From Geobacter metallireducens GS-15 (GTDB lineage: Bacteria; Desulfobacterota; Desulfuromonadia; Geobacterales; Geobacteraceae): a stretch of 32,000 nt of DNA. The stretch is taken from positions 1,440,001-1,472,000 of the forward strand of contig NC_007517.1 in assembly GCF_000012925.1 (NCBI RefSeq), in the 5' to 3' direction. The notes beneath the pieces were generated by a model that did not search any database, had not been told where the DNA came from, and saw only the letters and a program-made list of their open reading frames with translations. Below, piece by piece: positions 20,524 through 28,718 of the stretch; position 1 is the first letter of the stretch, and the number at the start of each line of letters is the position of its first letter. Both the position numbers and the translations under genes were made by a program.

Positions 20524-21585
20524 ATGGAACATAGCTTGAAATGCACCATTGAGCTGCTCGAAGAGGAAGTCAGCGCCCTCAGGGAGTTGATTGAGGTGGC
20601 GAGGATGGTGGTTTCCACCCTCGAACTTGATCAGGTCCTCCTGGAGATACTGACCAGCGCGATGCGCTTTGCCGACGCCTCCGCCGGAAGCATTGTCCTC
20701 TACGACACCGTTCAGGGGGGACTGACTCTCCACGCCCACCAGGGGTTTACCCCCGAATTCGTCTTGGCCGAGCGGTGGGAAATCCGCCCTGGAGGGGTCA
20801 CTGAACGGGTTATCTCCGGTGGCGAGATCCTGTTCGTCAACGACACCGAAGATAACCCCCTCCTTGTCGACCCCATTGTCATCAGGGAGGGGATCAGATC
20901 TCAGGCCTGCATTCCCCTTAAAGTGCAGAGCCGGCTTGCGGGCATTCTCTACCTGTGCGATTTTGTCCCCCGGGAGTTCGATCGGGAGAGAATGAAACTT
21001 CTGGACGTCCTCGCCTCCTTTGCCGCCATGGCCATCGATAATGCTCAGCTCCATGAGCGGACCCGGCTCATGGCCATAACCGACGCCCTGACCGGTCTTT
21101 ACAACCGGCGCTACTTTCAGCAGATGTTCAGTCGGGAACTGAACCGGGCCAAGCGTTACGGCAACCCCCTCTCACTGATCATGATGGACGTGGATGACTT
21201 CAAGAAGTTCAATGATACCTATGGACATCCCCTTGGCGACAAGCTCCTAGGGAGCATGGGAGATATTCTCACGGAGGCGCTGCGCAATACCGATTTTGCC
21301 TTTCGCTACGGGGGCGAGGAGTTTATCGTGCTCTTGCCGGAAACCGACTTTTCCAGCGCGCTTAATGTTGCGGAGCGGCTCCGGGAGTCCGTGGAACAGA
21401 AGAGTGTCGACGAAATGCGAGGGATCGCTCTCAATGCCGTAACCGTAAGTGTCGGCGTAGTCTCCTATCCCCAGGACGGCGAGACCAGCGACGACCTCCT
21501 CAATGGGGTGGATGAACTCCTCTATCGGGCCAAGGAGTATGGCAAGAACAGGGTCTACTACCGGACTATGGGAGAAAAACCATGA
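20524..21585 (+). CDS. GAF domain-containing diguanylate cyclase (GGDEF)
   Basis: 353 aa. An N-terminal coiled segment and a GAF domain are followed by a GGDEF domain (ITDALTGLYNRRYF, MMDVDDFKKFNDTYGH). The active site reads GGEEF. An RNTD I-site lies five residues upstream of it. Confidence 0.92.
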   Translation: MEHSLKCTIELLEEEVSALRELIEVARMVVSTLELDQVLLEILTSAMRFADASAGSIVLYDTVQGGLTLHAHQGFTPEFVLAERWEIRPGGVTERVISGGEILFVNDTEDNPLLVDPIVIREGIRSQACIPLKVQSRLAGILYLCDFVPREFDRERMKLLDVLASFAAMAIDNAQLHERTRLMAITDALTGLYNRRYFQQMFSRELNRAKRYGNPLSLIMMDVDDFKKFNDTYGHPLGDKLLGSMGDILTEALRNTDFAFRYGGEEFIVLLPETDFSSALNVAERLRESVEQKSVDEMRGIALNAVTVSVGVVSYPQDGETSDDLLNGVDELLYRAKEYGKNRVYYRTMGEKP

Positions 21586-22919
21586 GGCGCTCTACAATGG
21601 CGACCATGAGGATGCCGTTGGCTCTCTCCGTTTTGCTCGGGATGGCGGCAGTCCTCGGTGGGTGCGGGACGGTTTCGGAACTTTTCGCTCGGGGGAAGAC
21701 CCTTGTTTCCCCTTCCTCCGCGCAGGTGTCGGTGCCAGTCGTTGCGCCCGGTGCGACCGTTGCCAATGAGGAGTCTCCTCCGGTTCCGCTTGCGCCCTCT
21801 CCCGAAAACAAACCGGCCGTCGTTCCTCCCCAAGTGATACCGGCGCTTCCGGGGATATCACGCATCGCACCTCGGATGGCCGTACCGGTAGAGCGGTTAT
21901 ACAACGATGCCGTTCTGACCGAGGACACGGTCTGGAGCGGCGAGGTGTTTGTGGAGGGCTCACTCACTGTGGCGCCGCAGACGACCCTCACCCTTGAGCC
22001 GGGGACTGTCGTCCGTTTCAGGCGGACGGTCCCTGGGGATGGAGCCGGTCCGCTCCTCCTGGTTCAGGGGAGGCTCGTGGTCCGCGGAAACGCCGATGCG
22101 CCGGTCCGCTTCACGACCAGCTTTCCCGATCCCCTGGCCGGCGAGTGGCAAGGGATCATCCTGCTCGGCAGCGAGAAGAAAAACCTCCTTGAGCAGTGCC
22201 GCATCGAGGGTGCGGTCGCCGGCATCGATGCATCCTTTTCCTCTGTGACCCTCAAACAGGTCTTTTTTGCCGCCTGCGGAACCGGCGCCCGGTTTCAGGA
22301 CTCCATCGTCACGGTCAGTGGCGGAGAAGCTTCGGACAATGCTGTCGGCATGGAACTCGTCGAGAGCGAGTCGGATATCCGTGACATGGTGGTACGCGAC
22401 AATCGCCTTGGCATGACGGTGCGTGGCGGCTCCCTCCTCCTGGAAGGGGCCGGTTTAACGGATAACAGGGAGACCGGGTTAACCGGGGTCGCGTCCCGGC
22501 TCAGCATGTCCGGCTCTTTTTTCCAGGGAAACGGCACCGGCATTGTCCTCACCGACTGCGAAGGAAAGGTGACGGGTACGCGGATCGCGGAGAACCGCCA
22601 CGTGGGGATTCACCTCGTCCGGTCCCGGGTTCGGGTATATGGCAACGAAATTGTGTCCAACGCTGACATCGGCCTGCGGGTCGAGGATGGACAGGGTGTC
22701 GCGTGGGGGAACGCCTTTTCGGGCAATGGCCGCTTCGATATCGAAAACGCGGGACGTGACGATTTTAGAGCAATTGCCAACTGGTGGGGGGATCCCTCCC
22801 CGCCGCTGGACATGCGTCTTGACCTCCAGGCCCAGAACCCTGCCAGGGGAAGGATTTTCGTGAACCCGGTGCTCAAGGCGCGGCCGTATTTCCCGACCTT
22901 GAATTCCGTTGCTAAATAG
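21582..22919 (+). CDS. Right-handed parallel beta-helix (PbH1/NosD-like) repeat lipoprotein
   Basis: The lipobox is LSVLLGMAAVLGGC. A roughly 60-aa Pro-rich linker (PPVPLAPSPENKPAVVPPQVIPALP) follows. After it come repetitive about 22-aa units (VRDNRLGMTVRGG.., TDNRETGLTGV.., FQGNGTGIVLT.., AENRHVGIHLV.., VSNADIGLRVE..) and NWWGDPSPP. The ATG overlaps the cyclase stop (ATGA). Confidence 0.8.
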   Translation: MRRSTMATMRMPLALSVLLGMAAVLGGCGTVSELFARGKTLVSPSSAQVSVPVVAPGATVANEESPPVPLAPSPENKPAVVPPQVIPALPGISRIAPRMAVPVERLYNDAVLTEDTVWSGEVFVEGSLTVAPQTTLTLEPGTVVRFRRTVPGDGAGPLLLVQGRLVVRGNADAPVRFTTSFPDPLAGEWQGIILLGSEKKNLLEQCRIEGAVAGIDASFSSVTLKQVFFAACGTGARFQDSIVTVSGGEASDNAVGMELVESESDIRDMVVRDNRLGMTVRGGSLLLEGAGLTDNRETGLTGVASRLSMSGSFFQGNGTGIVLTDCEGKVTGTRIAENRHVGIHLVRSRVRVYGNEIVSNADIGLRVEDGQGVAWGNAFSGNGRFDIENAGRDDFRAIANWWGDPSPPLDMRLDLQAQNPARGRIFVNPVLKARPYFPTLNSVAK

Positions 22920-22944
22920 CTGACGTCATGCTAGCTTTTTCCTA

Positions 22945-24090
22945 ATGTCGCTTTATCTCGATAATGCAGCAACGTCGTATCCCAAGCCTGAACCGGTCTA
23001 TGAAGCGGTGAACAGGGCCATGCGTGACGTGGGGGTCAGCCCGGGCAGGGGAGGGTACCGTCGCGGCATTGAGGCGAGCCGTCTTCTCTTTGAAACGCGG
23101 GAGTCGGTGGCGGCCCTCTTCGGCATCGGCGATTCGTCGCGGGTGGTCTTCACCCATAGTGCCACCGAGGCCCTCAATCTGGCGGTGCTGGGGCTTGTGC
23201 GGCCCGGCGACCACGTGGTCACCACCTCGGCGGAACACAATTCGCTCGTCCGCCCGCTCCATCTGGCCGGGCAGCGGGGAGTCGAGATTTCCTGGATCGA
23301 GGCCGACCGTCGCGGGTTTGTCTCCCCGGACCAGATCGCTGCCGCCATCCGCCCTTCGACGCGACTCATTGCCCTTGCCCACTGCTCCAACGTGACCGGC
23401 GCCATCCAACCGGTCACGGAAATTGCCGCCGTGGCCCGTCGCGCCGGAGTTCTCACCCTTGTGGATGCCGCCCAGAGCGCGGGAATGATTCCCCTCGACG
23501 TTTCGGCCATGGGGATCGATCTCCTGGCAGCGCCGGGGCACAAGGGGCTCATGGGGCCCCCGGGGACCGGCATTCTCTGTGTGGCCGAAGGTGTGGATCT
23601 GGAACCGCTTTTTGTCGGGGGGACAGGGGGATACTCGTCGGGCGTGGAACAGCCCGACGCCATGCCCGAACGGTTCGAAAGCGGGACCCACAATCTGCCG
23701 GGCATCGCCGGTCTCGGGGCAGGTGTCGATTTCATCCGAACCGTGGGACTGGAAGTGATCCGGAAGCGGGAAGAGGAACTGGTCGCCTTTCTCATGGATG
23801 GGCTCGGAGCGCTGCCGGGAGTAACCTGCCACGGACCATTGCCGGACGAACCGCGGGGGGGGCTCGTGAGTTTCACGGTGGAGGGAGTCGACCCTCAGAC
23901 CATCGGTTTCCGGCTCGATCAGGAGTTCGATATCTGCGTGCGGGTAGGGCTCCACTGCGCCCCTGCTGCCCACCGGACCATCGGCACCTATCCCGGCGGC
24001 GCGGTCAGGGTGAGCCCCGGCTACTTCACCACAGATGAAGAGATCGGTACCTTTCTCCAGGCGATGGGGAAGATTATCAGCTCTCCGTGA
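22945..24090 (+). CDS. Aminotransferase class V-fold PLP enzyme, cysteine desulfurase family
   Basis: 381 aa. It shows the N-terminus LYLDNAATSYP, the PLP-Lys context LAAPGHKGLMGP, and the catalytic-Cys context VRVGLHCAPAAH. Confidence 0.9.
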   Translation: MSLYLDNAATSYPKPEPVYEAVNRAMRDVGVSPGRGGYRRGIEASRLLFETRESVAALFGIGDSSRVVFTHSATEALNLAVLGLVRPGDHVVTTSAEHNSLVRPLHLAGQRGVEISWIEADRRGFVSPDQIAAAIRPSTRLIALAHCSNVTGAIQPVTEIAAVARRAGVLTLVDAAQSAGMIPLDVSAMGIDLLAAPGHKGLMGPPGTGILCVAEGVDLEPLFVGGTGGYSSGVEQPDAMPERFESGTHNLPGIAGLGAGVDFIRTVGLEVIRKREEELVAFLMDGLGALPGVTCHGPLPDEPRGGLVSFTVEGVDPQTIGFRLDQEFDICVRVGLHCAPAAHRTIGTYPGGAVRVSPGYFTTDEEIGTFLQAMGKIISSP

Positions 24091-24166
24091 GAGTCCCCTT
24101 TCCGTACGGTTATGTCCGTGTTATGGCCCCACAACTCATGATGAATGATTCGTCAAAGGGGGAAGT

Positions 24167-24436
24167 ATGAATAAGCGATTCCTTGTTGCACTTTGCCTCG
24201 TAGTGGCATGTCTCGCCGGATGTTCGCTTCCCCCCGAGAAGCCGGTGACCAAGGACGAACTCTACGCAACGGGTATCTACAACTTTTACACCATCAAGGA
24301 ATCGCCCGAGAGCGTCCTTGCGGCGATCAACCGCGAGGGAGAGGTGATCCTCGACGCCAGGTACCGTGACAGGCCGGTCTTTATCAAGATCCTCGCTCTC
24401 TCCTCGGGCCTTCAGGTGCATGTCATCGAAAAATAG
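24167..24436 (+). CDS. Small hypothetical lipoprotein (89 aa)
   Basis: SD AAAGGGGGAAG lies before the ATG. The signal peptide carries the lipobox VVACLAGC. I recognise no family. It is co-directional with its neighbours and its third-position G+C resembles theirs. Confidence 0.6.
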   Translation: MNKRFLVALCLVVACLAGCSLPPEKPVTKDELYATGIYNFYTIKESPESVLAAINREGEVILDARYRDRPVFIKILALSSGLQVHVIEK

Positions 24437-24503
24437 CATCCAACCCGCGGGCGGGCATGTAGCGCATTATCTCTAAACTCCATCCACGAAAAGAGAAACC
24501 TCG

Positions 24504-25823
24504 ATGAAAAACTTCGTACTCGATACCAACGTCCTCCTCTACGATCCCCAGGCCATTTTCAAGTTTGAGGAAAACAACATCATTATCCCCATTACGGTCA
24601 TCGAAGAGGTGGACCGCTTCAAAAAGGACATGAACGAGACGGGACGCAACGCACGCCAGGTCTCCCGTTATCTGGACGACATGCGCAAGATTGGGTCCCT
24701 CTCCTCGGGCATTACCCTCGAGACCGGCGGGATGCTCCGGGTGGAGATGTACGAGGAGAAGATCATGAAGCGGCTTCCTCCCGAGTTGCGCGAGGAGCGG
24801 GGGGACAACCGGATACTGGCGGTGGCCGTCAAGATTCTGGAAGAAAACGGTGGCGCGCCCGTCGTGTTCGTCACCAAGGATACGAACTTGCGGATAAAGG
24901 CCGACGCCATCGGCCTCAAGGCCGAGGATTACGAATCGGATAAGGTCGACATCGAAGAGCTCTACCCCGGTTTCACCGAGATCGACGTGGCGGCCGATAC
25001 CGTTGACCGGTTCCATGGCCAGGGGTGGGTGGAGTTGCCCGGACAGACCTTCTTCCCGAACCAGTGCGTCACCCTGCGGGATGAAGCGAACCCTTCCCAT
25101 ACGGCCCTCGGCAAGTACCGGGTGGGGGATGGGAAAATCACTCCCCTCATCAAGACCGGCAAGGAGGGGGTCTGGAGCATTTTCCCCCGCAACCGCGAGC
25201 AGGCCTTTGCCTTCGATCTTCTACTCGACGACTCCATCAAGCTCGTGACCCTCGTGGGGAAGGCCGGTACAGGCAAGACGCTGCTGGCCATTGCTGCGGG
25301 CCTCCACAAGACCGCCGAGGAGAACGTCTTCAACCGCCTTCTCGTCTCCCGGCCCGTCTTTCCCATGGGGCGCGACCTGGGGTTCCTTCCCGGAGATATC
25401 GAGGAGAAGCTCGCCCCCTGGATGCAGCCCATCTTCGACAACGTGGAACTTCTCCTGTCGGGGCATGAGGCCGAGAAGCGCCACAGCAAGGGGTATAAGG
25501 AGCTCATGGCCATGGGGATCATGGAAATTGAGCCCCTCACCTACATCCGGGGTCGCTCCATACCGAACCAGTTCATGATCGTCGACGAGGCCCAGAACCT
25601 CACGCCTCACGAGATCAAGACCATCATTACCCGGGCTGGGGAGGGGACCAAGATCGTCCTCACCGGCGACCCCTACCAGATTGACAACCCCTATGTGGAT
25701 GCCTCGTCCAACGGCCTTACCTACGTGGTGGAGCGCTTCAAGGAGCAGGCAATCGCCGGCCATGTCACCATGACCAAGGGCGAGCGCTCCGACCTGGCGG
25801 AACTGGCGGCGAATCTGCTGTAA
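24504..25823 (+). CDS. PhoH-family ATPase with N-terminal PIN domain (YlaK-like)
   Basis: 439 aa. PIN acidic motifs are VLDTNVLLYD and VFVTKDTNLR. Walker A is GKAGTGKT and Walker B is MIVDEAQNLTPHE. The PhoH signature GDPYQID is present. Confidence 0.9.
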   Translation: MKNFVLDTNVLLYDPQAIFKFEENNIIIPITVIEEVDRFKKDMNETGRNARQVSRYLDDMRKIGSLSSGITLETGGMLRVEMYEEKIMKRLPPELREERGDNRILAVAVKILEENGGAPVVFVTKDTNLRIKADAIGLKAEDYESDKVDIEELYPGFTEIDVAADTVDRFHGQGWVELPGQTFFPNQCVTLRDEANPSHTALGKYRVGDGKITPLIKTGKEGVWSIFPRNREQAFAFDLLLDDSIKLVTLVGKAGTGKTLLAIAAGLHKTAEENVFNRLLVSRPVFPMGRDLGFLPGDIEEKLAPWMQPIFDNVELLLSGHEAEKRHSKGYKELMAMGIMEIEPLTYIRGRSIPNQFMIVDEAQNLTPHEIKTIITRAGEGTKIVLTGDPYQIDNPYVDASSNGLTYVVERFKEQAIAGHVTMTKGERSDLAELAANLL

Positions 25824-26848
25824 TGCTCATTCTCACGATCGAAACATCCTGCGACGAAACCGCCGCCGCGGTGGTCCGCGACGGGCGCACGGTGCTGTCG
25901 AGCATCGTTGCGACCCAGGTGAAGGACCATGCCGTCTACGGGGGGGTTGTCCCTGAGATAGCCTCCCGCAAACATCTGGAGAGCATCCCGGTCGTCATCG
26001 ACGAAGCCCTCCGCACTGCTTCGGTCTCCCTCGACGCCATCGAGGGGGTCGCCGTGACCCAGGGGCCGGGACTGGCCGGGGCACTTCTGGTGGGTACCGC
26101 CGTTGCCAAGGCCATCGCCTTTGCCCGCCGGCTCCCCATCGTTGGGGTGAACCATATCGAAGGGCACCTCTCGGCCATTTTCCTGGAGCGAGAGGTGGCG
26201 TTTCCCTTCGTGGCCCTCGCCGTCTCGGGGGGGCATACCCATCTCTACCGGGTCGACGGCATCGGCCGCTACACCACCCTCGGCCAGACCCGCGACGACG
26301 CTGCCGGCGAGGCCTTCGACAAAGTCGCAAAGCTCTTGGGACTCCCCTATCCGGGCGGGGTTGAGATCGATCGCCTTGCCGCCGAGGGGGACCCAGCCAG
26401 CATTTCCTTCCCCCGGCCGCTCCTCCACGACGGCAGCTTCAACTTCAGCTTCAGCGGCCTCAAGACTGCGGTTCTGAACCATGTCCGCAAGAATCCGGTC
26501 CAGGAGGATGGCCAGCAACTCCGGGACCTCTGCGCTTCGTTTCAACGGGCCGCCTGCGACGTGCTCGTGACGAAAACGCTCCTTGCCGCAGAGACCGAGG
26601 GGATCGGTCGGGTCGTGGTTGCCGGCGGCGTTGCCTGCAATAGCGCCCTGCGCCGCGACATGGCCCGGGAGGCTGCTGACAGGGGAATCGAGCTCGCCAT
26701 CCCTTCTCCTTCCCTCTGTAGCGATAACGCCGCCATGCTGGCGGTTCCCGGTGATTTCTACCTCTCCCGGGGGATCAGCGACGGCCTCTCCCTGGACGCC
26801 TTGGTAAACTGGCCCTTGGATACGATCCGGACGAGGCTGGAGTCGTGA
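25823..26848 (+). CDS. tsaD: tRNA N6-adenosine threonylcarbamoyltransferase
   Basis: It begins MLILTIETSCDETAAAV and contains VNHIEGH and GGVACNS. The ATG shares 1 nt with the PhoH stop (TAATG). Confidence 0.96.
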   Translation: MLILTIETSCDETAAAVVRDGRTVLSSIVATQVKDHAVYGGVVPEIASRKHLESIPVVIDEALRTASVSLDAIEGVAVTQGPGLAGALLVGTAVAKAIAFARRLPIVGVNHIEGHLSAIFLEREVAFPFVALAVSGGHTHLYRVDGIGRYTTLGQTRDDAAGEAFDKVAKLLGLPYPGGVEIDRLAAEGDPASISFPRPLLHDGSFNFSFSGLKTAVLNHVRKNPVQEDGQQLRDLCASFQRAACDVLVTKTLLAAETEGIGRVVVAGGVACNSALRRDMAREAADRGIELAIPSPSLCSDNAAMLAVPGDFYLSRGISDGLSLDALVNWPLDTIRTRLES

Positions 26849-27672
26849 GAGGGGAGGGGATTCGCGCCCGCAAGGCGCTGGGGCAGAATTTTCTCGTGGA
26901 CCGTCATGTTCTCGCACGGATCGCGGACATCGTCGATATGCGGCCCGACGACCGCATTCTGGAAGTGGGGCCGGGAAAGGGCGCCCTCACCGAGATGCTG
27001 GCTCATCGATGCGCGCGCCTTGTGGCGGTGGAGTTGGACACGCGGCTCGTGCCGGTACTCCGCCAGGCCTTTCGGGATAACCCGCGAGTGGAGATCGTCC
27101 ACGGCGACATTCTGGAGATCGACCTGCGCGACCTCCTGGCTTATGAAGGGGGAGAACGGTGGAAGGTGGCAGCCAATCTCCCCTACAACATATCCACGCC
27201 GGTTCTCTTTGCGTTTCTCGACAACCGCGATCTCTTCTCCCGTCTGGTGCTCATGCTTCAGAAGGAAGTGGGCGACCGCCTCGCCGCCTCACCGGGGACT
27301 AAGGATTACGGCATCCTGTCGGTCTTTTTCCAACTTCATTTTGATGTGACGCGGGAAATGATCGTCAGACCAGGTTCGTTCCATCCCGTGCCGAAGGTGG
27401 ACTCGGCCGTCCTGAGCTTCGTCCCCCTCGAAAAGCCCCGGGTGGCTGTGGGAGACGAGCAGTATTTCCGCCGCCTCGTGAAAGGGGCTTTCTCCATGCG
27501 GCGAAAAACCCTCTGGAACTGTCTGAAAAATGCCGGCCTGGGGCTTTCCGGGGAGCAGTTGTCTGAAGCCCTTGCAGTGTGCGGGATAGAGCCGGGGAGG
27601 CGTGGTGAGACCCTGAGCCTTGACGAGTTTGCGGCCCTTTCCCGGGCCATGATGGCATTGGGGGGAAAATAG
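26845..27672 (+). CDS. rsmA: 16S rRNA (adenine1518/1519-N6)-dimethyltransferase
   Basis: It shows LGQNFLVD, the SAM motif ILEVGPGKGALT, and NLPYNISTP. The GTG start overlaps the tsaD stop (GTGA). Confidence 0.95.
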   Translation: MRGEGIRARKALGQNFLVDRHVLARIADIVDMRPDDRILEVGPGKGALTEMLAHRCARLVAVELDTRLVPVLRQAFRDNPRVEIVHGDILEIDLRDLLAYEGGERWKVAANLPYNISTPVLFAFLDNRDLFSRLVLMLQKEVGDRLAASPGTKDYGILSVFFQLHFDVTREMIVRPGSFHPVPKVDSAVLSFVPLEKPRVAVGDEQYFRRLVKGAFSMRRKTLWNCLKNAGLGLSGEQLSEALAVCGIEPGRRGETLSLDEFAALSRAMMALGGK

Positions 27673-27673
27673 A

Positions 27674-27698
27674 AAAGCCGCCCGGAGAGGACGGCTTT
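27674..27698. terminator. Hairpin between convergent rsmA and the MucR gene (better terminator on the minus strand)
   Basis: AAAGCCG (27674-27680) pairs with CGGCTTT (27692-27698) around an 11-nt loop. On the minus strand it is followed by TTTTCT. On the plus strand only three T follow. Confidence 0.45.
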
Positions 27699-27725
27699 CA
27701 CCGTTGATGAGGGGAAAATGGCGGG

Positions 27726-28226
27726 TTAAGCCTTTTTCTTCCGCGGCGCTCCCTTTGGCTTTGCCGGCTTCTCGGCGGGCGCCCCTTTCTTTTCCTGGAT
27801 CTTGGTAGCCCTTACTGCGCGGGCCTTGGCCAGATTATCGGCAAGCCCCCGCTCTTGGGCCATTTTCTTGCGCGCTTCGGAGAACTTCCTGGCAGTCAGG
27901 GCCTGGGAAGACGGAATGTTGAACTGCTTCCGGTATTCCCTCGGCTTCATGTCATGGACCTGGGCCAGATGGCGGGTGAGGGTCTTCATCCCTCCTTTGC
28001 CGCAGATCATGCAGACGACCTGATCTGCCTGGAAAGCCTTCTTGAGACTGATGACGGGAGCCTTGGTCTCTTCTGCCTGCGCGGCCTCGGGCGCGCCTCC
28101 TTCAAGCTGCTGCAGAGTCGTGTACACTTTCTGAATTTCCTGTACCAGTTCTTCGGTGGAAAGTTCTGACATAGCAGCGTGTGAAGAGACAATGCCTGCC
28201 GTTAATTCCAACAATGTCGAAGCCAT
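27726..28226 (-). CDS. MucR/Ros family zinc-finger transcriptional regulator
   Basis: 166 aa. The Ros/MucR C2H2-like site is VVCMICGKGGMKTLTRHLAQVH, followed by EYRKQFNIP. It has a Lys/Ala/Pro-rich C-terminal tail. The SD is AAGGGAGGGAAA. Confidence 0.9.
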   Translation of the reverse strand: MASTLLELTAGIVSSHAAMSELSTEELVQEIQKVYTTLQQLEGGAPEAAQAEETKAPVISLKKAFQADQVVCMICGKGGMKTLTRHLAQVHDMKPREYRKQFNIPSSQALTARKFSEARKKMAQERGLADNLAKARAVRATKIQEKKGAPAEKPAKPKGAPRKKKA

Positions 28227-28416
28227 TCGGTTTCCCTCCCTTTGTCAATGAAAGAGTTTATGACGTTATTTAATCTTGTAACGTGAACATTGATCGAAAT
28301 CAAGCGGCAAATCGCATTTTTACAGAATAAATTACAATTGACGCTCCTTATGGGATTCTGTTAGGTTTGTTTCGTTGCCCGAATGCCGAAGATTTTGTGT
28401 GAAAGGAATGCCTGCC

Positions 28417-28620
28417 ATGGCGTACATTGAGATAGACGAATCGCGCTGCAAGGGGTGTGGCCTGTGCACGCTCGCCTGTTCGAGAAAGCTTGTAATAATG
28501 AGCGACACCGCCAATAAACAGGGGTATGTGACTGCGGTTGCAACCCATCAGGATCAGTGCACCGGTTGTTCTCTCTGTGCGGAAATCTGTCCCGATGTTG
28601 CCATTGTGGTGTTCAAGTGA
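28417..28620 (+). CDS. 2x[4Fe-4S] ferredoxin, delta subunit of the 2-oxoacid:ferredoxin oxidoreductase (kor/vor-type)
   Basis: Two cluster motifs are present, CKGCGLCTLAC and CTGCSLCAEICP. I chose the ATG at 28417 (MAYIEIDE), 10 nt after GAAAGGA. The track ORF starts at an upstream TTG (28375). Confidence 0.85.
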   Translation: MAYIEIDESRCKGCGLCTLACSRKLVIMSDTANKQGYVTAVATHQDQCTGCSLCAEICPDVAIVVFK

Positions 28621-28718
28621 TACCGGGCTAATTGTTCGCATACGCCTGCAGCGAAGTTTGATTTGTCCTGAAAGGTTTCTGTCAGACCGTTTTTTCTGAT
28701 TCATTCACGGAGGTTGCT

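Noticed and set aside
23855-23862. Homopolymeric G tracts occur inside CDSs: G8 at 23855-23862 (PLP enzyme), and G7 at 2137-2143 (lptA), 25940-25946 and 26227-26233 (tsaD).
   Set aside because: All are in-frame Gly-Gly/Arg-Gly codon runs in essential or conserved genes with intact reading frames. There is no sign of phase variation. They are worth remembering only as sequencing-error hotspots.
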